Below, one piece after another: positions 56,146-64,000 of a stretch of 64,000 nucleotides of DNA. The notes beneath the pieces were generated by a model, which saw only the letters and a list, made by a program, of their open reading frames with translations, was not told where the DNA came from and made no database searches. Each line of letters opens with the position of its first letter. Position 1 is the stretch's first letter. The stretch lies in NCBI GenBank assembly GCA_007692755.1, contig REBL01000110.1, positions 8,527-72,526 of the forward strand. Direction: 5' to 3'. Position numbers and translations under genes: made by a program. The DNA is from Nodularia sp. (in: cyanobacteria). Its GTDB lineage: Bacteria > Cyanobacteriota > Cyanobacteriia > Cyanobacteriales > Nostocaceae.

Positions 56146-56193
56146 TGGCGCAACTATGGCTACGCTAGGCAAGTTATTACAAAAAAACGGTAA

Positions 56194-57426
56194 TTACAGT
56201 TGAATGGCAACATCTACTTGTAAGTTTGTTAAACGCGCTACCCGTTGACTATCTGCGGGGTTATCGATGCTAATTTTTACTTCAACTATTCTGCGGTCTG
56301 TATCTGCTGCGGGATTAAGACTGAAGATGCTTTGTCTGTCAACTTGCCAACCAATTTCGCTGACGGTTCCCTGGATTGTACCAGGAAAGGCATTACTATT
56401 AATGGTAGCTTTTTGACCTAAATTCACTTTTTGAATATCAGTTTGATAAACTTCTGCGACTACATACATTTGAGATATTTTACCTATCTCGGCAAATCCA
56501 TTGTTGCTAATTACTTCTCCTGTTTTGGCGTGAAGTTTTAAAATTTGGCCATTTATGGGAGATTTAAGGTAAGTTAATTCTTGGTCTGCTTGGGCTTGTT
56601 TGATGGCAGTTACAGCACTATTAACTTCAGTTTGTGCCAATTCCACATCAACAGTACGGACTTCGCTAATACTGTTAAGTCTGGCTTTACCTTCTTTGAG
56701 TTGGTCTTGAAGTGTGTTTTGAGTGCGGTTGAGGCTGGCTTTGGCTTCTGTGAGTTGCTGTTGTGCAGTCTTGAGTTGCAAAGCTTTACTATCTGCTACG
56801 GAGGCGGAAACAGCACCATCTTTGTATAACTGCTGATATCTATTGTTTTCGCTGGTGGCGTTATCTACTTCCGCCTGGATACGATTGATTGTCGCTTGTT
56901 GAGCTGCAACGTCTCCTTTTAATTGTGACTCTAAACGAGCGATCGCGGCCTTTTGAGCAGTAATATCTCCGGGTTTAGCTCCAGACTGGACTTGTGCTAG
57001 TCTAGCTTTAGCAACTGCGTGTTGATCTAAAGCCTGTTGCAGGGCGGCTGTAGAGCGAGCATAATTTTCTAAATGTGCTAGTACTTGTCCAGCTTTAACT
57101 TCTTCTCCTTCCCTAACCAAGGTTTTTTCTACCCGCACACCATTGACTGAATTGGGTGCAGATAGTCTAGTAACTTCACCCTCTGGTTGCAAACGTCCCA
57201 AAGCTGTCACAGCAATTCTACCAGGGGTAGCGGTAGGGGTAGCAGTAGGGGTCGCGGTAGCCTGGGGCGAATTCTTTGAGGGAATTGGAACTTGAGAACT
57301 AAATCGATTTTGTGAAAAGCTGTAAACAGCTCCTAAGCCAGTCGCTAAAGTGATAGAAGCTGCCAGAATTATCCGCCACCTACCGAGAGGTTTTGTGAGT
57401 AACTGGCTTTCTTTGTTTGCTGCCAT
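56194..57426 (-). CDS. hgdB: DevB-family (HlyD-type) membrane fusion protein (HgdB-like)
   Basis: The motifs are ALGRLQPEGEVTRLSAP...VKAGQVLAHLE, ARLAQVQSGAKPGDITAQ and LTNLQVDVAIQL, parallel to the protein at 38127-39416. An (ATPT)3 linker follows the TM helix. Confidence 0.65.
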   Translation of the reverse strand: MAANKESQLLTKPLGRWRIILAASITLATGLGAVYSFSQNRFSSQVPIPSKNSPQATATPTATPTATPGRIAVTALGRLQPEGEVTRLSAPNSVNGVRVEKTLVREGEEVKAGQVLAHLENYARSTAALQQALDQHAVAKARLAQVQSGAKPGDITAQKAAIARLESQLKGDVAAQQATINRIQAEVDNATSENNRYQQLYKDGAVSASVADSKALQLKTAQQQLTEAKASLNRTQNTLQDQLKEGKARLNSISEVRTVDVELAQTEVNSAVTAIKQAQADQELTYLKSPINGQILKLHAKTGEVISNNGFAEIGKISQMYVVAEVYQTDIQKVNLGQKATINSNAFPGTIQGTVSEIGWQVDRQSIFSLNPAADTDRRIVEVKISIDNPADSQRVARLTNLQVDVAIQL

Positions 57427-57871
57427 ATTTTTATTCCAATTGTGCTATACCAGGGAACAGCCTCAATGGCTATATCATTTGATTCCAATAGACTTATCTG
57501 CAAATTAACCAAGAGAAGTTTTTCTCTCTGGTTTTACCTTCACTAAATCGAGAGGTCTAATTAGTTCTATATAAATTGTTGTACGCCTGTACAGCTGCCT
57601 TGAATGACTAGATTAACAGCGAACTTAGTGGTGGTGTCACTTCCAATCTTTCTTAGTTTTATCCTAATTTGATACCGAAACAAGTAACGTAAAATACAAT
57701 ATTGCTAGGATGAAAAGCTAAATTTTAAAATGGTCGAAGCGCTGGGAAAAATAGCTGGGAAAACTTGGTTTAGCTCCTGTTTAAGTATTGCAAATATTGC
57801 TGATCTTGTCAATCGGGTATTGCTTGGTGTAAATATGAATTTACCGGGCTACGCCCCTTTCTTCTTCTCCC

Positions 57872-57890
57872 CTCCCTGCCCCCCTGCCTC
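57872..57890. repeat. Left copy of a 19-nt direct repeat flanking the ParB-like gene
   Basis: CTCCCTGCCCCCCTGCCTC differs at one base from 59385-59403 (CTCCCTGCACCCCTGCCTC). Confidence 0.7.
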
Positions 57891-57966
57891 ATTAACTCGC
57901 CATTGAGTATACTGATGCAATATATTGAGATAGACCTTTGACTGACTGCACTCAAGTTTAGTAATT

Positions 57967-59298
57967 ATGCCTATAGTGTCCATAGATCAAATTCGCATTG
58001 GTCTTAATCGCCGTCCGGTTAAGGGCGAAAAGGTTCAGGAGTTGAAGGAGTCGATTCAGGCTAATGGTTTGTTAAACCCGATTACGGTGGATCAAAAGCT
58101 GAATTTGATTGCTGGGCTGCATCGTCTGACGGCTTGCAAACTTTTGGGGCTAGAGGCTGTTGAGTGTCATATTGTTAATTATGAAAATTCTGATCAATCC
58201 CGGTTGGCGGAAATTGACGAAAATTTGATTCGCAATGAGTTAGAACCACTGGAACGTTCGGAATTGTGGTTTGAACGCGACCAGATTTTAGGGCGGATGG
58301 GTTTAAGGGCAAAGGTTGGCGATAATCAATATACAGCCAAAGGTGGTGCAACGGTTTCACCACCTTTAAAACGGACTGTGGAGTTAGCCAGAGAAGTTGG
58401 CTACTCTGAACGCACCTTTCAGCACGGTAAGCAAATTGCTAAAAGTATTCACTCGGAGGTGAAACAGTTAATTAAGGGTTCGCCTATTGCTGATAGTCCG
58501 ACTGCTTTACTCAAGGTGGCTAGGGCTGGGAGTAAGGAACGTATTTTGGCGGAAGAGTCTCAAAAGGCTTGGGAGTTAGCCCAGACCAGGGGAGATGCAG
58601 CAGAATCGGCAAAGCAAGCGCAATTGATGCTGGAAGCTAGGGCGAAGCAAAAAGATTTACAGATTTTGGCGTACAAAAGTGCTATGGCGCAACGAGAAGC
58701 GAAGTTAGCACTGAAAAAAGGTCAACGTCAGCCAGAACCTGCGATCGCTAGTCATGAACCTAGTGTTAAAGTTGGTGAAGAATGGATGCTGGGACGGCAT
58801 TTAGTGTATTGTGATCGTACTGCTAATTCAGAATTTAGAAACCTGTTACCATCAAATGCAGCTTTAGCGATCGCTACCCTGTCTCAGACTTGGGAGCATA
58901 ATTACTTGGTAGATGAGGCGCGGGTGGTGGCGGTGCTGCGTTCTGAGGGTCATATTTATAATTTCTATCGCCATAACCAAATGCCCTTTCAATATGAATT
59001 AGTTCTAGGTAATCTTTATGTGGGCATTTTTTCTCACCAATCAATACTTCAGCCACAGACACCAATTAATATTGATGGGGTGGAAGGTATTGTCAACTAC
59101 TTAATTAATTTGTATACCAATCAGAATAATTTTGTAATTGCGCCATTTATGGGAAACGGCGAAATTCTGATTGCTTGTGAAAGAATGGGGCGGATTTGTT
59201 TTGTGGGCGACGAAAACCCTCAATTGGTGAATCGGGGTATCATGCGATGGCAGAAATGGACTGGTAAACTACCGCAGAAAATGGGTTTGGTGTCTTAG
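57967..59298 (+). CDS. ParB-like nuclease-domain protein fused to a degenerate N6/N4 DNA-methyltransferase-like domain
   Basis: The ParB N-terminal motif is NPITVDQKLNLIAGLHRLTACKLLG. The C-terminal half keeps the methylase framing motifs WMLGRHLVYCD (cf. W-x-LG-x-H-R-L-x-CGD) and VIAPFMGNGEILIACERMGRICFVGDENPQLV (cf. DPF-x-GSG-T..A.E..GR). The position of the catalytic (D/N/S)PP(Y/F) reads IATLSQTW. Confidence 0.6.
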   Translation: MPIVSIDQIRIGLNRRPVKGEKVQELKESIQANGLLNPITVDQKLNLIAGLHRLTACKLLGLEAVECHIVNYENSDQSRLAEIDENLIRNELEPLERSELWFERDQILGRMGLRAKVGDNQYTAKGGATVSPPLKRTVELAREVGYSERTFQHGKQIAKSIHSEVKQLIKGSPIADSPTALLKVARAGSKERILAEESQKAWELAQTRGDAAESAKQAQLMLEARAKQKDLQILAYKSAMAQREAKLALKKGQRQPEPAIASHEPSVKVGEEWMLGRHLVYCDRTANSEFRNLLPSNAALAIATLSQTWEHNYLVDEARVVAVLRSEGHIYNFYRHNQMPFQYELVLGNLYVGIFSHQSILQPQTPINIDGVEGIVNYLINLYTNQNNFVIAPFMGNGEILIACERMGRICFVGDENPQLVNRGIMRWQKWTGKLPQKMGLVS

Positions 59299-59384
59299 GA
59301 TTTATGTCCGCCACGCCAGCTATCAGATTTTTTACCACAGACCCCCACTTTTAAAACATTCTCTTAACTCTCCCTTGCTCCCTG

Positions 59385-59439
59385 CTCCCTGCACCCCTGC
59401 CTCTTCTGGTCAATCCAAAATCCAAAATCCAAAATCTAA
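59385..59439. repeat. Right copy of the 19-nt direct repeat plus STRR-like heptamers (TCCCTGC-type, then ATCCAAA x4)
   Basis: CTCCCTGCACCCCTGCCTC lies at 59385-403. ATCCAAA ATCCAAA ATCCAAA ATCTAAA lies at 59412-39. Confidence 0.75.
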
Positions 59440-60137
59440 AATTGTTTGACTCACAAAGTTATTTCTAAATCTGTAACTGCTTTGTCAGATATAACTAGAT
59501 GATGTCAAAGTTTAGGCGATTCATCACAAATGAGTTTTGTTTATTATGCACTATCTTCTAAATTAACGTTTGCTTTATAAATTACTATTGCTTTGTATAG
59601 GTACTTTTATCTTTAAACATGATCGAATTTTTGGCTTTAATTATGATGTTCTGCTGAAAAACAAATCTAGCTAATTTTGTATTTTATTTATGTATTGATT
59701 AAATATTAGCTGGGTGAAGAAAATATGCGTACTGAGATAAAAAATCAGGCTAGCCAAGCAATTGAACTAAATCAGCAGGATGAGAATTCAGTTTTTAATT
59801 ATACTTGAGCATCGGGCATTTTTCAACATTGCTACCAGCAAGAATCTAGCTTGATTATAAAATTACCTTAAACAAATGATTTAGTTTCTGTGAATCATGC
59901 TATTGTTTTTATTAATTCAAACGTTTCAAAACGGCAAGGAAAATTAGTTATTTTGTTGAAATTTAAAAAAACAAAACTAAACCTAACCGTATTGGCATCA
60001 CCCTATAAGTGTGTGAGTATTTATTCAGAAAAGTGCATGAATTCAGAATTTAGGGGAATGTTTGTTCTGTAACGAAGTTGTCAACTTTTCTGGGTCAAAT
60101 TGCTTAAAATAAATTATCCTGGACGCTGAAACTGGCT

Positions 60138-60416
60138 ATGGCATTTATCAAGATACAGAACGTTGTCATTAACACCAGCTACGTTGCTGCGGTTAGGCTA
60201 GATACTCAAACTAGTTTGGGAGAAAAAAGCGTTTCTGTCCTAGTAGCTACTCCTCAGTTTCCCTTAATCCAGTGGGATACAATCGCTCAAAATCTCTACC
60301 ATTACGAATGGATGGAATTCACTGGTCAAGCTGCTAACGTACTCCAAGACTATTTTTCTAGCTTCAACAACGTTATTGACCTATTGCCTCAATATCAAGA
60401 ATCGAGTGTTGTATAA
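60138..60416 (+). CDS. Hypothetical small protein upstream of the PKS gene
   Basis: This 92-aa ORF is in the same orientation as the PKS. I recognise no motif. Confidence 0.4.
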   Translation: MAFIKIQNVVINTSYVAAVRLDTQTSLGEKSVSVLVATPQFPLIQWDTIAQNLYHYEWMEFTGQAANVLQDYFSSFNNVIDLLPQYQESSVV

Positions 60417-60768
60417 CATTATTTCACGAATACTGTACTCCGAAATTGCCTGAAAATGCTCAAATCATCCATTTCTTAAGGCGGAAAGGCAGTATATATT
60501 GTGTGGTATTGGTTTAGAAACAAGCAGTTAACTGTTTGTGAGAAGAAATAGCTCATTTTCAGTGGAAAACAAAAATTACTGTAGCTATGGATGACTATGG
60601 CTATCGCTACGCCAGCTATCACAATCCACAGAACTTAAGAACAGTATATGCCCTATGTCTGCTTATTCAATTGATACGGCTTTGGCAGAGTTAGAGAGCC
60701 TTATCAAAAGTGTGGAAAATACTTTGATTAGGTCAATAGAGGACAAAAAATTGCACAAGGAAACACCG

Positions 60769-63700
60769 ATGTCAGTTAACAAAATTAATAGAAAATTAGA
60801 ACAAAATCCTATAGCTATCGTAGGGATGGCTTCTCTATTACCGCAAGCGAGAAATTTACGGGAATACTGGCAAAATATCGTTAACAAAATTGATTGTATT
60901 ACTGATGTTCCAGCGACACATTGGAGCGTCGAAGATTATTACGACCCCAACCCCAGAACCTCAGAAGATAAAACCTACTGTAAAAGAGGCGGGTTTATTC
61001 CAGAGATTGATTTTAACCCAATGGAGTTTGGGATTCCTCCCAGCATCTTGGAAGTTACAGATATTTCCCAGCTATTAAGTTTGGTGATTGCTAAAGAAGC
61101 AATGGAAGATGCTGGTTATGGTGACTCCCGTGAATTTAGCCGCGAAAAGATTGGGGTAATTTTAGGTGTGGCCATGGCCAAGCAATTGGGAATGCCACTT
61201 TCGGCTCGGTTAGAGTATCCTGTTTGGGAAAAGGCGCTGAAAAGCAGTGGTATTTCTGATGAAGATACCCAAAAAATTATTGAGAAAATTAAAAGCGCCT
61301 ATATCAAATGGGATGAAAATGCTTTCCCTGGAATGTTGGCGAATGTGGTCGCGGGAAGAATTGCCAACCGCTTGAATTTTGGCGGCACAAATTGTGTCGT
61401 GGATGCGGCTTGTGCTAGTTCCTTTGGCGCTTTGAAAATGGCTATCAGCGAACTGGTGGAACATCGGGCTGATATGATGCTGACCGGTGGGGTTGATACC
61501 GACAACACCATCATGGCTTATATCTCCTTCAGCAAAACCCCCGCCGTTTCTCCCAGTGAAAACGCCAAACCCTTCGATGCTAAATCTGATGGGATGTTGC
61601 TGGGTGAAGGTGTTTGTATGTATGTCCTCAAACGCTTGGAAGATGCGGAACGGGACAATGATAAAGTTTATGCGGTGATTAAAGGTATTGGCACTTCTAG
61701 CGATGGTCGCTACAAGAGTATTTATGCTCCCCGCAAGGAAGGCCAAGTCAAAGCTTTGGAACGTGCTTATGATGATGCTGGCTTTTCTCCCGCGACTGTG
61801 GGGTTAATGGAAGCCCACGGGACTGGGACAATGGCTGGTGACCCCATTGAATTTGGTTCTTTAAAAGACTTCTTTAGCAAACATGATTCCCAAAGACAGC
61901 ATATCGCTTTGGGTAGTGTAAAGTCTCAAATTGGACATACCAAAGCGGCGGCTGGGGCTGCAAGTTTGATTAAAACAGCTTTGGCTTTGCATCACAAAGT
62001 TTTACCCGCAACCATCAATATTACTGAACCAAATCCTAAACTGGATATCAAAAATTCATCATTTTATTTGAATACCCAAACCAGACCTTGGATTCGGGCG
62101 GAAGGTGAAGCACCAAGACGGGCTGGGGTGAGTTCTTTCGGTTTTGGTGGGACTAATTATCACGTTGTTTTGGAAGAATACCAAACTGAAGAAAATCTTC
62201 CCTACCGTTTACACAGTACCGCTCGTGAGGTGTTACTATTTGCGAATCATCCGGCTCAATTATTGAGTAAATGCGAAGAAACTCTCAATCAGTTGCAGTC
62301 GGCTGATGGTGATAGACATTTTGCCGCATTAATTCAAGAATGCCAATCTGTGGAGATTCCCCAGGTTGCAGCTAGGGTGGGATTTGTGGCTGAGAATCTG
62401 CAAGAAGCCTGTAAGTTGATGCAAGTGAGTATCGACTGGCTGAAAAACAAACCTGAAGCAGCATCTTGGGAACATCCTCAAGGTATTTATTACCGTTCCT
62501 CTGGGATGGAGTTGGGCGGAAAGGTTGTTTCTCTATTCTCTGGTCAAGGTTCGCAATATCTGGAAATGGGTCGGGAATTGGTGATGAACTTCCCTTCTAT
62601 GCGCCGTTTACATGGTTGTATGGATAGTTTGTTACTTAAAGATAATTTGCAACCAGTTTCAGAAATTGTCTTTCCCCATCCGGTGTTTAGTGAGGCAGAA
62701 AAAAATGCCCAAATTGCTGCACTACAACGTACCGAATACGCTCAACCTGCTATTGGGATATTTAGCGCTGGTTTGTATTCGATATTGCAACAAGCTGGAT
62801 TTAAATCTGATTTTGTGGCGGGACACAGCTTTGGGGAACTGACAGCTTTATGGGCTGCGGGGGTTTTGAGTGAACAGGATTACTTGTTCCTGGTGAAGTC
62901 TAGAGGTCAAGCTATGGCTGCACCAGAAGACCCAGACCATGATGCTGGAAGTATGTTGGCGGTGAAAGAAGAAATCAATAAGGTTGCAGTGGTGCTGCGG
63001 AATTATCCCCAGGTGACTATTGCTAACTTTAATTCTCCCACACAAATTGTCTTGGCTGGACCGACGGCAGAAATCGCTAAGGTGAGACAAGCTTTACATG
63101 ACCAAGGTTGTACAGCGGTGGTGTTACCTGTGTCTGCTGCTTTCCACACACCGCTAATTGCTTTTGCTCAAAAATCCTTTGCGATCGCCACTAAATCTGT
63201 TAAATTCAATCAGCCTCAAATTCCTGTCTTCACCAACGTTACAGGTAAAGCCTACCCCCAAGAATCCCTAGCGATTCAGAAAATTCTGGAAACTCACCTT
63301 TCTACTTCGGTGATGTTTAAACAGGAAATCGAAAATATCTATGCTGCTGGTGGTTATTGCTTTGTAGAGTTTGGCCCCCGACGGATTTTAACCAACTTAG
63401 TTAAAGATATTTTAGGCGATCGCCCGCATCTTACCATCTCATTGAACCCCAGCACTCAAAAGAACAGCGATCGCTCTCTGAGAGAAGCGGCTGTACAGTT
63501 ACGTGTAGTGGGCTTATCTTTGAAAAACCTCGATCCTTACCAAGTTGAACCTGCACTACCTCCAGTTGCGAAGAAGAAAGCGTTAAATGTGCGTCTAAAC
63601 GGCATTAACTATGTCTCCGAAAAAACTAAAAACGCCTTTCCTGAAGCTTTGCGTAACGGACATCAAGTCAGTTTACCCGTAACTTCTGCACCTGAATTTT

Positions 63701-64000
63701 CCCAAGTTGTAGCGACCACTCCACCAGTGAAAGAAAATACCACCAATGGACGTGTTGCCCATCCTACAGATAGTCTGCCCGAATTTTCACATAACTCTAC
63801 TAATTCTGCACCCCAGCCTGAAATGAATCCTGTGACCCTTCCTAGTGCAATAGCCCAGGAGACAAAGATGCAACCAACACCAGAAAAACCTGTAAATTAC
63901 CAACGGGCGTTAGAAAGTTTAGAATATCTGCTGACACAGTTCCAGCAAAATCAAACTGAAAATCTGCAAGTCCACGGGACTTATCTGCAACATCAGATGG
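60769..64000 (+). CDS. hglE: Type I (PfaA/HglE-like) polyketide synthase, KS-AT-..., 3'-truncated by the window edge
   Basis: It is not in the ORF track because no stop is reached. I translated it by hand. KS: IAIVGMASLLP, active-site Cys in VVDAACASS (TGT 61411-13), EAHGTGT, KSQIGHTKAAAG. AT: FSGQGSQYLEMGRE and GHSFGELTA (Ser AGC 62827-29). ATG 60769 has an AAGGAAA RBS. An in-frame ATG at 60655 is an alternative start. The frame stays open to nt 64000. Confidence 0.85.
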   Translation, partial: MSVNKINRKLEQNPIAIVGMASLLPQARNLREYWQNIVNKIDCITDVPATHWSVEDYYDPNPRTSEDKTYCKRGGFIPEIDFNPMEFGIPPSILEVTDISQLLSLVIAKEAMEDAGYGDSREFSREKIGVILGVAMAKQLGMPLSARLEYPVWEKALKSSGISDEDTQKIIEKIKSAYIKWDENAFPGMLANVVAGRIANRLNFGGTNCVVDAACASSFGALKMAISELVEHRADMMLTGGVDTDNTIMAYISFSKTPAVSPSENAKPFDAKSDGMLLGEGVCMYVLKRLEDAERDNDKVYAVIKGIGTSSDGRYKSIYAPRKEGQVKALERAYDDAGFSPATVGLMEAHGTGTMAGDPIEFGSLKDFFSKHDSQRQHIALGSVKSQIGHTKAAAGAASLIKTALALHHKVLPATINITEPNPKLDIKNSSFYLNTQTRPWIRAEGEAPRRAGVSSFGFGGTNYHVVLEEYQTEENLPYRLHSTAREVLLFANHPAQLLSKCEETLNQLQSADGDRHFAALIQECQSVEIPQVAARVGFVAENLQEACKLMQVSIDWLKNKPEAASWEHPQGIYYRSSGMELGGKVVSLFSGQGSQYLEMGRELVMNFPSMRRLHGCMDSLLLKDNLQPVSEIVFPHPVFSEAEKNAQIAALQRTEYAQPAIGIFSAGLYSILQQAGFKSDFVAGHSFGELTALWAAGVLSEQDYLFLVKSRGQAMAAPEDPDHDAGSMLAVKEEINKVAVVLRNYPQVTIANFNSPTQIVLAGPTAEIAKVRQALHDQGCTAVVLPVSAAFHTPLIAFAQKSFAIATKSVKFNQPQIPVFTNVTGKAYPQESLAIQKILETHLSTSVMFKQEIENIYAAGGYCFVEFGPRRILTNLVKDILGDRPHLTISLNPSTQKNSDRSLREAAVQLRVVGLSLKNLDPYQVEPALPPVAKKKALNVRLNGINYVSEKTKNAFPEALRNGHQVSLPVTSAPEFSQVVATTPPVKENTTNGRVAHPTDSLPEFSHNSTNSAPQPEMNPVTLPSAIAQETKMQPTPEKPVNYQRALESLEYLLTQFQQNQTENLQVHGTYLQHQM

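Noticed and set aside
56000-56203. 67-aa plus-strand ORF
   Set aside because: Its translation (..KYAKYAKEEGKKERRKEGK..) is that of the CGCAAAGTA and GGAAG repeats in the hgdB-hgdC gap.
57579-57592. TGTACGCCTGTACA upstream of the hgdB-like gene as a possible NtcA site
   Set aside because: The NtcA consensus is GTA-N8-TAC. Here the TGTA/TACA halves are separated by only 6 nt, so it does not fit.
60663-63090. ORFs 60663-60887 (-), 60890-61078 (+), 61210-61746 (-), 61299-61514 (-), 61487-61678 (+), 62612-62842 (+) and 62848-63090 (-)
   Set aside because: All lie inside the hand-translated KS-AT polyketide synthase frame (60769 to beyond 64000), which has unambiguous catalytic motifs. These are shadow or alternative-frame ORFs.

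Overview
This is a chromosomal segment from a filamentous, heterocyst-forming cyanobacterium of the Nostocales type. The taxonomic call rests on STRR-like heptamer tandem repeats, many small dispersed palindromic repeats, ycf34, cpcT and a heterocyst-glycolipid (hgl/hgd) island. I support about 60 protein genes, one tRNA-Cys, two decayed gene remnants and several repeat elements. I saw no rRNA, CRISPR array or intact transposase.

The window has four parts.

(1) nt 1.4-16.1 kb is a composite RiPP/bacteriocin supercluster.
- The export set is a cNMP-domain/C39-peptidase ABC exporter, a HlyD adaptor and a parvulin PPIase.
- Next comes an operon with two Cys-free double-glycine precursors, a small membrane protein, an APH/ePK-like kinase, a HopA1-effector-like protein, an aldo/keto-reductase-like protein and a second PPIase.
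- A convergent operon carries a third GG precursor, an 8-Cys small protein, two Nif11-leader precursors whose cores carry L-Y-G motifs, and a radical SAM/SPASM enzyme. I read this operon as splicease-like (spliceotide).
- The kinase + HopA1-like + reductase module acting on Cys-free two-peptide precursors is my best candidate for an undescribed system.

(2) nt 17-36 kb is mostly housekeeping.
- Genes: NYN protein, OmpR/HK pair, XdhC/MocA/ureidoglycolate-lyase remnant of purine catabolism, holA, cca, ycf34, tsaB, argD, a K+ channel and an ALDH.
- It also holds a HigB-like toxin with a HigA-ImmA fusion antitoxin and paired palindromic operators.

(3) nt 36-44 kb holds a TetR-DevBCA-type exporter and a fatty-acid-hydroxylase/SDR fusion. 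It also holds a decayed parDE pair, a DUF433/DUF5615 pair and an iteron-like repeat cluster next to tRNA-Cys.

(4) nt 47.6-64 kb is the heterocyst glycolipid island.
- It has a GT4 gene, two tandem GT2 paralogs, a DUF2141 gene, another GT2, an epimerase and an ATPase-less DevC/DevB pair (hgdC/hgdB-like).
- It also has a ParB/degenerate-methyltransferase gene and a KS-AT polyketide synthase (hglE-like).
- The PKS runs off the window end and is therefore absent from the supplied ORF track.

All family assignments come from motifs I could read in the translations. None was checked against a database.
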